Shown: piece by piece, positions 8,041 through 17,765 of the stretch
Position numbering within the stretch: position 1 is the first letter of the stretch
Layout: each line of letters starts with the position of its first letter
Assembly (NCBI GenBank): GCA_017504465.1
Contig: JAFVRE010000051.1
Span: forward strand, 5,218 to 69,217
Length of the DNA: 64,000 nt
Origin: Clostridia bacterium
GTDB lineage: Bacteria; Bacillota; Clostridia; Christensenellales; Borkfalkiaceae
Direction: 5' to 3'
Translations under genes and position numbers: made by a program
The notes under the pieces: model-generated
What the model was told of the DNA's origin: nothing
What the model saw: the letters and a program-made list of their open reading frames with translations, nothing else
Database searches by the model: none

Positions 8041-10212
8041 ATGATTGCGGAAGTAATCGTGGATATCGCGTCGAGCGAAACGGATAGAATTTTCGAATAT
8101 CTCTGCGACGACGATACCGTCGTAGGCAGTCGCGTTCGCGCGCCCTTCGGCAACACCGTTTTACCCGGTTTCGTTATGAAACTGAAAGAGAAGTCGGAAT
8201 ATCCTGTGCATAAGCTTAAAAAGCTTTATAAGACTTCCGACGAACTTGCTGCGCTCACGCCCGAGTGCTTACGGCTCGCGAATAAAATGGCGGATAGATA
8301 CAAAGTGCCCAAAGCTCTGACCTTGCGCTTGTTTTTACCGTCGGAAATGCGTACGGGCAAGGTTAGACAGCTGACGAAAAATTACGCGGAACTTGTAGGC
8401 GATATAGACATAGAACTCCCCAAAACCGCAAAGAATCAACGGGGCATGGTCGAGTTTTTAAAGGAAAACGGCAAGACCGATTGCGCATATTTAAACAAGG
8501 CGTTTCCGGGCGCGGTCAACGCGCTTTTGAAAAAAGGCTTTATTCTTGTGACAAAAGAACAGCTTCGCCGCGATCCTTACAAACTTGTAGAAGGCGAGAA
8601 GCTTGAACGCACCTTGACCATAGACCAAGCGCGCGCGGTGCAGTCGATTGAAAACGATTCAAGGATAGCGCAGCTTTTACACGGCGTTACGGGCAGCGGA
8701 AAAACGGAGATTTATTTAACGCTGATCGGGCGTTGTTTGCGTGAAGGAAAGAGCTCGATTTTCCTTGTTCCGGAAATTTCTTTAACCCCGCAAATGCTTT
8801 CTCAACTCCGTTCTCGATTCGGGAAAAACGCGGCGATTTTACACAGCGGACTTTCCGCCGGCGAGAGATTTGACGAGTGGTGGAGATTGAGGACGGGAGA
8901 AGCGAAAATAGCCATCGGCGCAAGAAGCGCAATTTTTGCACCTCTTGAAAATTTAGGGGTAATCATCATTGACGAAGAGCATGATTCGAGCTATTTTAGC
9001 GAATCTTCGCCCCGTTACAGCACCTATGACGTTGCGCTTTTTCGCGCGAAGTATAACGGCTGTAAGCTCGTTTTAGGCAGTGCGACGCCTGCGGTAGAAA
9101 CGTATAAAAAAGCGCAGGATGGGGAGTTGAATTTAATACGTCTTACCAAACGCATCAACCAACGCCCTTTGCCTGAAATCACTATAGCAGATATGCGCCG
9201 AGAAGTACGTCGCGGGAATAATTCCACATTTTCAACAGCATTAAAAGAAGAGCTTGAATGTTGTCTTGAAAACGGGAATCAAGCGATTTTATTCTTGAAT
9301 AGAAGAGGGTATTCGCAGTCGGTTATTTGCAAGGAATGCGGATACGTAGCCAAGTGCGAAGCTTGCGACGTTTCGCTCACCTATCACAAGGAAGAAAAAT
9401 GTTTGAAATGCCACTATTGCGGCGCGAAATATAAAATGCTTACCGCCTGTCCTGAATGCGGCGGGTACAAACTCTCCTATGCAGGCACGGGCACGCAACG
9501 CATTGTTGACGAACTGCAAAAGCTCTATCCAAACGCTCGGATTTTGCGTATGGACAACGATACCACGCGCGGCAAGGAAGGGCATTATAAAATCTTAAAG
9601 GCGTTTGGGGAAAAGAGGGCGGATATTTTGGTTGGAACGCAAATGATTGCAAAAGGGCACGATTTCCCTTCGGTCACGCTCGTTGGAATACTCGACGCGG
9701 ACATGGGGTTGCATTTTTCCGATTATCGCAGCGGAGAACGCACCTTCCAGCTAATTACGCAGGTCGCGGGAAGAAGCGGTCGCGCGGAAGAAAAGGGAAA
9801 GGTCGTATTGCAGACGTTCAGCCCTGAAAACGACGTATTACGTTTTGCAATTGCATACGATTACGAAGGCTTTTACAAAAACGAAATCTCGCGGAGAGCA
9901 GCGACGGCATTCCCGCCTTTTTCCAAAATCGTCAGGGTTTTGGTTTCAGGTTTAGACGAGCAAAAAACGCTCGAAGCGTTAAAAACGGTATATTTTGGGT
10001 TAAAGGATTTATACACCGATCAAACGGAAAAATTCCTATTCTTTGATAAGATGCACGCGCCGATTAAACGGATAGAAAACAAATACCGATACCAAGTCCT
10101 GATGAGGCTTGCGGAAAACTCGGTTTTGCCTACAATCTATGAAATTTGCGCTTCGGCGAGAACCCGCGACGTGCTCATATCCGTCGAAGAAAATCCCGTC
10201 AATTTATCGTAA
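8041..10212 (+). CDS. priA: primosomal replication restart helicase PriA (start moved to the ATG at 8041, which follows AAGGAGGG)
   Basis: Walker A GVTGSGKTE, DEEH box, paired CxxC zinc-binding motifs, QVAGRSGR. Confidence 0.92.
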   Translation: MIAEVIVDIASSETDRIFEYLCDDDTVVGSRVRAPFGNTVLPGFVMKLKEKSEYPVHKLKKLYKTSDELAALTPECLRLANKMADRYKVPKALTLRLFLPSEMRTGKVRQLTKNYAELVGDIDIELPKTAKNQRGMVEFLKENGKTDCAYLNKAFPGAVNALLKKGFILVTKEQLRRDPYKLVEGEKLERTLTIDQARAVQSIENDSRIAQLLHGVTGSGKTEIYLTLIGRCLREGKSSIFLVPEISLTPQMLSQLRSRFGKNAAILHSGLSAGERFDEWWRLRTGEAKIAIGARSAIFAPLENLGVIIIDEEHDSSYFSESSPRYSTYDVALFRAKYNGCKLVLGSATPAVETYKKAQDGELNLIRLTKRINQRPLPEITIADMRREVRRGNNSTFSTALKEELECCLENGNQAILFLNRRGYSQSVICKECGYVAKCEACDVSLTYHKEEKCLKCHYCGAKYKMLTACPECGGYKLSYAGTGTQRIVDELQKLYPNARILRMDNDTTRGKEGHYKILKAFGEKRADILVGTQMIAKGHDFPSVTLVGILDADMGLHFSDYRSGERTFQLITQVAGRSGRAEEKGKVVLQTFSPENDVLRFAIAYDYEGFYKNEISRRAATAFPPFSKIVRVLVSGLDEQKTLEALKTVYFGLKDLYTDQTEKFLFFDKMHAPIKRIENKYRYQVLMRLAENSVLPTIYEICASARTRDVLISVEENPVNLS

Positions 10213-10243
10213 AGTTATACAAACATAAAAGGAAAAAAATATT

Positions 10244-10696
10244 ATGGCAATTAGAAATATCGTACAAGTCGGCGACGACGTATTAAGACAGAGATGCGCG
10301 GAAGTAGAAACTTTTGATGAAAAGCTTTGGTCGCTTTTAGACGACATGAAAGACACGGTCAAAAAAGAACAAGGCGCAGGGCTTGCCGCTCCGCAGGTCG
10401 GCGTACTCCGCCGCGTTGTCGTTGTGGACGTTGAACAAGGCTATTTTGAGTTTATCAACCCCGTAATCTTGTCCCAAAAGGGCGAGCAAAGCGGCTGGGA
10501 AGGCTGTTTGTCAGTAGTAGGCAAAAGCGGAATCGTATCCCGTCCCATGAAAGTAAAACTCGCTTACCAAGACCGTTACGGTGAAAAATATCTTCTTCAA
10601 GCCAAAGGCTTTTTCGCTCGCGCCATCTGTCACGAACTCGATCACTTGGACGGCGTGTTATATATAGACAAGGCTACGCACATTCAAAAGGTTTGA
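10244..10696 (+). CDS. def: peptide deformylase
   Basis: Three signature motifs GLAAPQVG, EGCLS, HELDH. Confidence 0.95.
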   Translation: MAIRNIVQVGDDVLRQRCAEVETFDEKLWSLLDDMKDTVKKEQGAGLAAPQVGVLRRVVVVDVEQGYFEFINPVILSQKGEQSGWEGCLSVVGKSGIVSRPMKVKLAYQDRYGEKYLLQAKGFFARAICHELDHLDGVLYIDKATHIQKV

Positions 10697-10698
10697 TT

Positions 10699-10790
10699 GA
10701 AATGAATTGACGGCTTTGCCGTCATGAATTGAAATCAAAATTTCATGAATTGGTTATACCATGAATTGCAAACGCTGTTTGCATTATGGA
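10699..10790 (+). repeat. array of four direct (C)ATGAATTG words separated by short hairpins, upstream of the four-helix-bundle ORF
   Basis: ATGAATTG at 10703, 10725, 10746 and 10762. Intervening stems are acggc/gccgt, aaat/attt and caaac/gtttg. Confidence 0.85.
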
Positions 10791-10810
10791 AATATTAAGG
10801 AAATAAAAAA

Positions 10811-11176
10811 ATGAAACAAAACGCGTTAGTTGTCTTATCAAAGGAATTTGCCGTTCAAACGATAAATTTGTGCGAAAAACTTAAAGAAAACGGACGGGCA
10901 AACGTTTTAATCAGTCAATTATTACGAAGCGCAACAAGTATTGGCGCAAATATTCACGAAGCGAACTATGCGGCAAGTAAAGCTGATTTTATCAATAAGC
11001 TCCAAATTGCGCTTAAAGAGTGTTACGAAACAGACTATTGGCTTGATGTTTTTAAAAGCGCTAGTGTTATAACGGAACACGAGTATCAAGACTCTTTCTC
11101 AAAATGCAGTAAATTAAGAAGGCCGTTGATATCTTCCATTAACACGGCAAAAAGCCAGGAAAACACTTTTTTATAA
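10811..11176 (+). CDS. four-helix-bundle protein (23S rRNA intervening-sequence protein / Avd-like family)
   Basis: 121 aa, helical. Family-like core RSATSIGANIHEA...KADFINKLQIALKECYET.YWL. Confidence 0.75.
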   Translation: MKQNALVVLSKEFAVQTINLCEKLKENGRANVLISQLLRSATSIGANIHEANYAASKADFINKLQIALKECYETDYWLDVFKSASVITEHEYQDSFSKCSKLRRPLISSINTAKSQENTFL

Positions 11177-11185
11177 GTTCTACCG

Positions 11186-11290
11186 CAATGAATTTTACTT
11201 TTAAAATTCAATTCATGTAGAAAACGCCGTTTTCTACAATTCATGAATGCGCAGCGTTCTATTCACGACGAGTATTCGTCAATTCATTAA
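11186..11290 (+). repeat. inverse array of CAATTCAT(G) words with interspersed hairpins, downstream of the four-helix-bundle ORF
   Basis: CAATTCAT at 11209, 11237 and 11280. Perfect 9-bp hairpin gtagaaaac/gttttctac lies between two of them. Confidence 0.85.
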
Positions 11291-11308
11291 CCACGCTTGG
11301 AGGTTATT

Positions 11309-12436
11309 ATGGCAGGAATTTATATTCATATCCCTTTTTGTAGGCACAAATGTTCCTATTGCGATTTCGCATCTTTTCCTGACAAGATAGACTACGCGGA
11401 AGCGTATATGGCATGTCTATACAAAGAATTAAAAATGCGCGGTGACGAGCTGAAAGATTACGTCTTTGACACCGTATATTTCGGTGGCGGTACGCCTTCG
11501 TATATTCCGCCTAAGCTTATTTTAGGCGCAATGAATCAAATTAAAAAATGTTTTACGCTTAGCGAAAATCCCGAGATTACGCTGGAACTCAATCCCGGGA
11601 CGATAGGTCAAGCAAAGGTGGATACCTATAAACAAGCGGGAATTAACCGCTTCTCCATCGGGCTTCAAACGGCAATTGACGAACAACTCGAAGACCTTGG
11701 CAGAATCCACAACGCGCGCGATTACGTGTACGCAACCAGCCTTTTGAAAGGCGAAAATTTCTCTACCGACGTAATGCTCGGGCTTAAAAATCAGACCAAA
11801 GAAGACGTACGCAAAACGATTGAGCTTGCAGTCAAATGCGGATCAAAGCACATATCCATGTACGCGTTGACGGTGGAAGACGGCACGCCGATCTATACTG
11901 ATTACTTAAACGGCGAACTGCCCGATTCCGACGAGGTGGCGGAACTTTACGATTACGGTTACGCGCTGTTAAAAGACTACGGCTACGAGCGTTACGAGGT
12001 TTCCAACTTTGCAAAAGACGGTTTTGAAAGCAAGCATAATTTGAACTACTGGAAACGTGGAGAATATATCGGCGTAGGGCTTTCGGCAAGCTCGTTCATG
12101 CGCGGAAAACGATTCACAAACACGTTCAATCTTGACGAGTATATGAAATGTATCATTTCAGGCTTCTATCCCGCAGTTACGAGCGAAGACGTGAAGGGAT
12201 GGGACGCGAAATTCGAGTACGTCATGCTCGCTTTACGCACCAAGTACGGCGTTTGTATGTCCGAATATAAACAAGCATTCGGCACGACGCTCGCTGAAGA
12301 TTTCCCCGTCGCGCTCAAAAAAACTGTTAAATATTTGCAGCTCGACGGCGACAATTTGCGGATCAAGGACGAATATCTTTACACACAAAACAGTATTCTT
12401 ATATATTTCATGGAAGAACCCCATGAGAATGGTTAA
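11309..12436 (+). CDS. hemW: radical SAM heme chaperone HemW / coproporphyrinogen III oxidase-like protein (start at the ATG after GGAGG)
   Basis: CxxxCxxC cluster motif CRHKCSYC near the N-terminus. GGGTPS motif and HemN-like C-terminal domain. Confidence 0.88.
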   Translation: MAGIYIHIPFCRHKCSYCDFASFPDKIDYAEAYMACLYKELKMRGDELKDYVFDTVYFGGGTPSYIPPKLILGAMNQIKKCFTLSENPEITLELNPGTIGQAKVDTYKQAGINRFSIGLQTAIDEQLEDLGRIHNARDYVYATSLLKGENFSTDVMLGLKNQTKEDVRKTIELAVKCGSKHISMYALTVEDGTPIYTDYLNGELPDSDEVAELYDYGYALLKDYGYERYEVSNFAKDGFESKHNLNYWKRGEYIGVGLSASSFMRGKRFTNTFNLDEYMKCIISGFYPAVTSEDVKGWDAKFEYVMLALRTKYGVCMSEYKQAFGTTLAEDFPVALKKTVKYLQLDGDNLRIKDEYLYTQNSILIYFMEEPHENG

Positions 12437-12520
12437 TTTCGTTTGATACTGCGTTGAAGCCTTTGACGTTTTATCAAAACGTTCGATTTTTAAATAATTA
12501 TTTTAAGGAAGAAAGAAATT

Positions 12521-13561
12521 ATGATTTCCGAAAAAAATTACGAAAAATATATGCTTGACAGTCTAAAAGAAATTTTAGCGGTGGATAGTCCGACGGGCTT
12601 TTCCAAATCGATCAATGAAAAACTTGTCGAAATGCTTACAAAGCTTGGTTATAAAGTGGAAGTTACCAACAAACGCGCGGTACGCGTTGGCGTAAAAGGC
12701 AAGTGCTCGGAGAAAAAACTGGCGGTTTCCGCGCACGTGGATACGCTTGGCGCAATGGTGAAAAGTATTTCCGGCAACGGAGAATTGAGATTTACCCGTC
12801 TTGGCGGTCCTATTCTTGCCACGTTAGACGGCGAATATTGTAAAATTTACGCGGACGGCGGGAAGGTATATACAGGCACTTTCCTTTCCGATTCTCCTTC
12901 TTGCCACGTCTACAAGGACGCAGGTACGAAAGAGAGAAATGAAGATACCATGTACGTGCGTATTGACGAAGAAGTAAGCTCGAAAGCGGACGTAGAAAAG
13001 CTTGGTATCCGCGTAGGAAGCCTGATTGCGATTGACACCAAAACCACGATTACCGACAGCGGATACGTGAAATCCCGTTTCCTTGACGATAAGGCGGGCA
13101 GCGCTTGTTTGCTTGCTGTTTTGTACGCGTTAAAGAGTGAAAATCTCGTACCTGCCTATGACGTTGATTTCTATTTTACAAACTATGAAGAGGTTGGACA
13201 CGGTGCGGCAACGATCGCAAAGGACGCGGACGAGTTGCTTGCCGTGGATATGGGTTGCGTCGGAAACGGACTTTCCTGCAAAGAAACACAAGTTTCGGTA
13301 TGCGTAAAGGACGGTCACGGTCCGTACGATTATGAAATGGTTGAAAGATTGCTTTCTATCGCTAAGGCAAACGGAATAGATTATGCAGCGGACGTATATC
13401 CTTACTACGGTTCGGACGTTGGTGCGGCATGGTCGGCAGGCGCGGACGTTAAAGGCGGGTTAATCGGCCCGGGCGTACACGCTTCGCACGGCATGGAACG
13501 CACGCATAAAAAGGGCTTGGTGGCAACCGTGTCCTTGATCAGCGCATATTTGGGGTTATAA
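12521..13561 (+). CDS. M42 family metallopeptidase (glutamyl aminopeptidase-like)
   Basis: AHVDTLG, FLDDKAG and NYEEVGHG metal-ligand motifs. 346 aa. Confidence 0.85.
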   Translation: MISEKNYEKYMLDSLKEILAVDSPTGFSKSINEKLVEMLTKLGYKVEVTNKRAVRVGVKGKCSEKKLAVSAHVDTLGAMVKSISGNGELRFTRLGGPILATLDGEYCKIYADGGKVYTGTFLSDSPSCHVYKDAGTKERNEDTMYVRIDEEVSSKADVEKLGIRVGSLIAIDTKTTITDSGYVKSRFLDDKAGSACLLAVLYALKSENLVPAYDVDFYFTNYEEVGHGAATIAKDADELLAVDMGCVGNGLSCKETQVSVCVKDGHGPYDYEMVERLLSIAKANGIDYAADVYPYYGSDVGAAWSAGADVKGGLIGPGVHASHGMERTHKKGLVATVSLISAYLGL

Positions 13562-13562
13562 T

Positions 13563-13970
13563 ATGAAAAAGGAAGTACGTGTTTCCGCCGCGATGATTTT
13601 TGAAAACGGCAAGGTTTTTGCGACAAGACGGGGAGAAAGTAAGTATGCGTATTTGGCACATAAATACGAATTTCCGGGCGGAAAAGTCGAAGCGGGCGAA
13701 AGCGGAGAAGACTGCGTAAAGCGCGAGCTTAAAGAAGAATTAAATATGGACGTCAAAGTTGGAGGACTATTTGCAGTCGAGCGTTTTGAGTATCCTGATT
13801 TTATCGTGCAGTTATCTTTATACGAATGCGAGCGGCTTTCCGAATTTACCTTGACGGAGCATGAAAATTACGCGTGGCTTCGTCCGTGCGAGCTTGAGCC
13901 TTTCGAATGGGCTCCTGCGGACGCAGAAATCCTGTGCTCGATTAAAAGAGTGTTTGGGGCGGAAGAATAA
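13563..13970 (+). CDS. Nudix hydrolase (MutT-like)
   Basis: Nudix box GGKVEAGESGEDCVKRELKEELNM. Confidence 0.85.
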   Translation: MKKEVRVSAAMIFENGKVFATRRGESKYAYLAHKYEFPGGKVEAGESGEDCVKRELKEELNMDVKVGGLFAVERFEYPDFIVQLSLYECERLSEFTLTEHENYAWLRPCELEPFEWAPADAEILCSIKRVFGAEE

Positions 13971-14008
13971 TCTTCAAAGACACACCGAAAACTACGGAGG
14001 GCAAAACA

Positions 14009-15055
14009 ATGCCTAATCTTAAAAGACCAAAAATAGCCGTTTACGGCGCAGGCGCGATGGGCACGGTGCTTGGCGCGTTGCTTACTAAAACGGGCGCGGA
14101 CGTTACCTTAATCACGAGAAACCAAGCGCACGTGGACGGGCTAAATAACGACGGCGCGAAAATAATATGCACGGCGGCTGGAACGCAAATGACCATACCC
14201 GTGTCCGCGATTACGCCTTCTCAAATGACGGAAAAGTATCATTTAATTTTCCTGATGACCAAGCAACGCGAGAATGAAAAGACAGCGCAATTTTTGCTGG
14301 ATTATTTAGAAGAAGACGGCATTCTTTGCACTACGCAAAACGGTTTACCTGAACAGCTTTTATCGGAAATTATCGGGACGGAAAAAACCTACGGTGCGGT
14401 GATGAGCTGGGGCGCTACCTTTGTAGGAGAGGGCGCTGTCGAGTTGACGTCTATGCCTGCGTCTATGACCGTTGAGGTTGGCGGGTATGAGAACGACAAC
14501 GCGAAAACGGAATGGATTGCGAATATCTTAAAACCGATAGGTGAACTTATCCAAAACGAAAATTTTGTAAAGACGACGGATAATCTTGCAGGGGTTAGAT
14601 GGAGCAAACTTGCGCTCAACGCAAGCTTTTCAGGGCTTTCCTGCGTGACGGGCTTGAAATTCGGCGAGATAGCAAAACGTTTTAAGACAAGAAAAGTCGC
14701 TTTGAAAATTTTACAAGAAAGCTTTTCCGTTGCCAACGCATTGGGCGTAAGGCTGGCTCCGATGCAAGGCCACGATATGCAAAAACTTCTCGGCGGAACA
14801 GGATTTTTTAATTACGTAAAGGGTATGATTTTATTGCCGATTGCAATGAAAAATCATCGTGAACTCGTATCTGGTATGCTCAAAGACCTCGAAAAAGGAA
14901 GAAAATGCGAGATAGATTTCATTGACGGCGTCGTTGCTGACCTCGCCAAGCAAGCGGGCGTACAAACCCCTTGCGCCGAGCGAGTTGTGGAAATTGTGCA
15001 CGGCATAGAAAACGGATTATACGAGCTGTCCTATGACAATATAAATTTTTTCTAA
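14009..15055 (+). CDS. ketopantoate reductase (PanE/ApbA) family oxidoreductase
   Basis: N-terminal Rossmann motif IAVYGAGAMGTVLG. Length and C-terminal helical domain are typical of the family. Confidence 0.7.
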   Translation: MPNLKRPKIAVYGAGAMGTVLGALLTKTGADVTLITRNQAHVDGLNNDGAKIICTAAGTQMTIPVSAITPSQMTEKYHLIFLMTKQRENEKTAQFLLDYLEEDGILCTTQNGLPEQLLSEIIGTEKTYGAVMSWGATFVGEGAVELTSMPASMTVEVGGYENDNAKTEWIANILKPIGELIQNENFVKTTDNLAGVRWSKLALNASFSGLSCVTGLKFGEIAKRFKTRKVALKILQESFSVANALGVRLAPMQGHDMQKLLGGTGFFNYVKGMILLPIAMKNHRELVSGMLKDLEKGRKCEIDFIDGVVADLAKQAGVQTPCAERVVEIVHGIENGLYELSYDNINFF

Positions 15056-15112
15056 TATAACGCGAATAAAAAGAATTTCAAATACGAAAAAAACACAAAG
15101 AAGGATAAAAAT

Positions 15113-16756
15113 ATGGATTTAATCAAATTAGCAAACGCTCTGATTCCCGACGAGAACGTAAAACCGCTTTCCTATTACGAGGAAAGATATCCTGAGCGCA
15201 GCCTTGAAAAAGGCGCGGAAGTTACCCGTCTTGCGCCCAGCCCTACGGGATTTATGCATCTTGGCAACTTATACGTTGCGCTCGCAAACGAGAGAATCGC
15301 GCATCAAAGCGGCGGGGTTTTCTATCTCCGTATTGAAGACACGGACGAAAAGCGTAAAGTGGAAGGCGCGGTGGAAGTTATCCACTCCTCGCTCAAATAT
15401 TTTGGCGTTGCCTTTGACGAAGGCGCCGATCTTTGCGGGGAATACGGCCCGTATTATCAACGTCAACGCGCGGAAGTCTATCACGCATACGCAAAAGAAC
15501 TCATTAAAAAAGGCTTGGCGTACCCTTGTTTTTGTGGAGAAGAGGAGCTTGAAAAGACGAGAGAATACCAAACGGAAAACAAGCTTTTGCCCGGCTATTA
15601 CGGCGAGTTTGCGAAATGCAGAAATTTAACGGAAGAAGAAATTTATGAAAATTTGAAGGCGGGTAAGCCTTACGTTATCCGTTTGAAATCCCAAGGCGAC
15701 GTGGAGAAAAAGCATCCTTTCCGCGACGCCGTAAAGGGCGAAATCACCGTCACCGAAAATAACCAAGACGTTGTTATTTTGAAATCGGACGGAATCCCCA
15801 CCTACCATTTTGCGCACGCGATTGACGATCATTTCATGCGTACAACGCTCGTTATTCGCGGTGAGGAGTGGCTTTCTTCACTTCCTATCCATATCGAACT
15901 TTTCAACGTACTCGGTTTCAAATTACCCAGATACGGCCATAATTGTTCTATCCAAAAAATCGACGGAGATACCCGCCGTAAGCTTTCCAAACGTAAAGAT
16001 CCCGAAGCGTCGCTTACCTTCTATCGTGAGCAGGGGTATTTGCCCGAAGCGGTTAGAACGTATATGATGACGCTCTTAAACTCAAACTTTGAAGAATGGC
16101 TCTTGAAGTTCCCCGACAAGCCTTTGGACGAATTTAAATACTCTATCGGCAAGATGGGCAAAAGCGGCGCACTGTTTGATATTTTGAAACTCAACGACAT
16201 TTCCAAGAATTGTATGGCAAAGCTTTCCGAGAAAGAAATGTACGAATTCTTGAAAACGTGGGCGGACGAATACGGCACGGACGAACAAAAGACGTATTTT
16301 AAAAACGAAGAATATTTATTGAAAGTTCTCACGCTTTGCATGGGTATCGGCGGAAAGAAACGCAGAAAAGACTTCATTTGCGCAAAACAAGCGGTAGAAA
16401 TGATCGGATACTTCTTCGACGCTTCCTTCTCGCCCGAATACAGCTACCGTTTTGATAGCGAAATCGTTAAAAAGATACTTGGCGATTTCAAGGCGGTATA
16501 TACTTACGCGGACGATTGCTCGGCATGGTTTGATAAGATGAAAGGAGTAGCGGCAGAGAACGGTTTTGCTACCGATATGAAAGCGTACAAGGCAAACCCT
16601 GAAAACTATCCCGGCAACGTTTCCGACGTCGCGGAGATGCTCCGCGTTGCAACAACCGGACTTTCCAACACCCCTGATCTTTGGACGATTATGCAAATTT
16701 TAGGCGAGGAAAGAACGCTCGCAAGACTTAACAAAGCACTTAGTTTTTTATCGTAA
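15113..16756 (+). CDS. gltX: glutamate--tRNA ligase
   Basis: RLAPSPTGFMHLGN (HIGH region), KLSKRK (KMSKS region), PTYHFAHAIDD. Confidence 0.9.
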   Translation: MDLIKLANALIPDENVKPLSYYEERYPERSLEKGAEVTRLAPSPTGFMHLGNLYVALANERIAHQSGGVFYLRIEDTDEKRKVEGAVEVIHSSLKYFGVAFDEGADLCGEYGPYYQRQRAEVYHAYAKELIKKGLAYPCFCGEEELEKTREYQTENKLLPGYYGEFAKCRNLTEEEIYENLKAGKPYVIRLKSQGDVEKKHPFRDAVKGEITVTENNQDVVILKSDGIPTYHFAHAIDDHFMRTTLVIRGEEWLSSLPIHIELFNVLGFKLPRYGHNCSIQKIDGDTRRKLSKRKDPEASLTFYREQGYLPEAVRTYMMTLLNSNFEEWLLKFPDKPLDEFKYSIGKMGKSGALFDILKLNDISKNCMAKLSEKEMYEFLKTWADEYGTDEQKTYFKNEEYLLKVLTLCMGIGGKKRRKDFICAKQAVEMIGYFFDASFSPEYSYRFDSEIVKKILGDFKAVYTYADDCSAWFDKMKGVAAENGFATDMKAYKANPENYPGNVSDVAEMLRVATTGLSNTPDLWTIMQILGEERTLARLNKALSFLS

Positions 16757-16763
16757 TGTACGG

Positions 16764-16773
16764 GGCAGGTACG
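16764..16773 (+). repeat. intergenic copy of the over-represented word GGCAGGTACG (gltX-cysK spacer)
   Basis: Extended match GGGGCAGGTACGAGAGT is identical to 54766-54782. Confidence 0.9.
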
Positions 16774-16823
16774 AGAGTTTTGTCAAAACTTTCTTACTTT
16801 AGCATATTATAAAAGGTGGAAGA

Positions 16824-17741
16824 ATGGAAATTTTATCAGGTGCGGAACGGCTGATTGGCAATACGCCGATGGTCAGGCTGCAAAAAACTGAACGGGACTT
16901 GAATTTAAGAGCCGAGCTGTACGCAAAGCTCGAAAGCGCAAACCCCACGGGTTCGAGCAAGGACCGCGCTGCGCTGTTTATGCTTGCGGCGGCGGAACAA
17001 AGCGGGGAGCTTTCAAAGGGCGGGACCGTCATTGAGCCGACGAGCGGCAATACAGGCATTGCGCTCGCTGCGCTTTGTGCAGTCAAAGGCTATAAAGCGG
17101 TAATCGTCATGCCCGAAACCATGAGCGAAGAACGAAAAAACCTCATGCGCGTTTATGGTGCAAAGCTTGTTTTAACGGACGGCGCGCTCGGTATGGCAGG
17201 CTCGATTGAAAAAGCAAAAGAGCTTTGCGCAAAAACCCCGAATTCTATCATTTTAGGACAGTTTGAAAACCCTGCGAACGCCAAGGCGCATTACCATACG
17301 ACAGGCCCTGAAATTCATACGCAGATGGGGGGCAGGTACGAGATTTTCGTTGCAGGCGTAGGTACGGGCGGTACGTTTACGGGCACGGTAAAATACCTTA
17401 AAGAACAAAAAAGCGACGTATATGCAGTAGCGGTTGAACCCAAAAGCTCAGCTGTACTGTCAGGCGAAAAGAGTGGTCCGCACGGATTGCAAGGCATAGG
17501 CGCAGGATTTATTCCAAGCGTTTTGGACACCAGCCTAATCGACGAGATTGTAAAAATTGACGACGAATCGGCATACTTTGCCGTTCGATATCTTCTTGAA
17601 AAGGAAGGTTTATTCGTTGGGATTTCCTCAGGCGCGGCATTTGCGGCGGCGGTGGAGCTTGCCAAGCGCGAAGAGAACGCAGGCAAGAAAATCGTGACCG
17701 TCTTCCCGGATTCCGGCACGAAATATTTATCCGTGCTTTAA
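16824..17741 (+). CDS. cysK: cysteine synthase A (O-acetylserine sulfhydrylase)
   Basis: PLP-lysine region NPTGSSKDR, GTGGT loop, SSGA motif. Confidence 0.9.
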   Translation: MEILSGAERLIGNTPMVRLQKTERDLNLRAELYAKLESANPTGSSKDRAALFMLAAAEQSGELSKGGTVIEPTSGNTGIALAALCAVKGYKAVIVMPETMSEERKNLMRVYGAKLVLTDGALGMAGSIEKAKELCAKTPNSIILGQFENPANAKAHYHTTGPEIHTQMGGRYEIFVAGVGTGGTFTGTVKYLKEQKSDVYAVAVEPKSSAVLSGEKSGPHGLQGIGAGFIPSVLDTSLIDEIVKIDDESAYFAVRYLLEKEGLFVGISSGAAFAAAVELAKREENAGKKIVTVFPDSGTKYLSVL

Positions 17742-17765
17742 GGGCGGAAGGTAAGGAGAAAAATT

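Noticed and set aside
10811-11176. Possibility that the four-helix-bundle (Avd-family) gene marks a diversity-generating retroelement.
   Set aside because: No reverse transcriptase gene and no template/variable repeat pair with adenine-specific differences is present in the window. The flanking repeats are short word arrays, not TR/VR.
10699-11290. CATGAATTG arrays as a miniature CRISPR array.
   Set aside because: The repeats are only 8-9 nt, with irregular 16-22 nt spacing and only 3-4 units. The two arrays are inverted around an ORF, and there are no cas genes.
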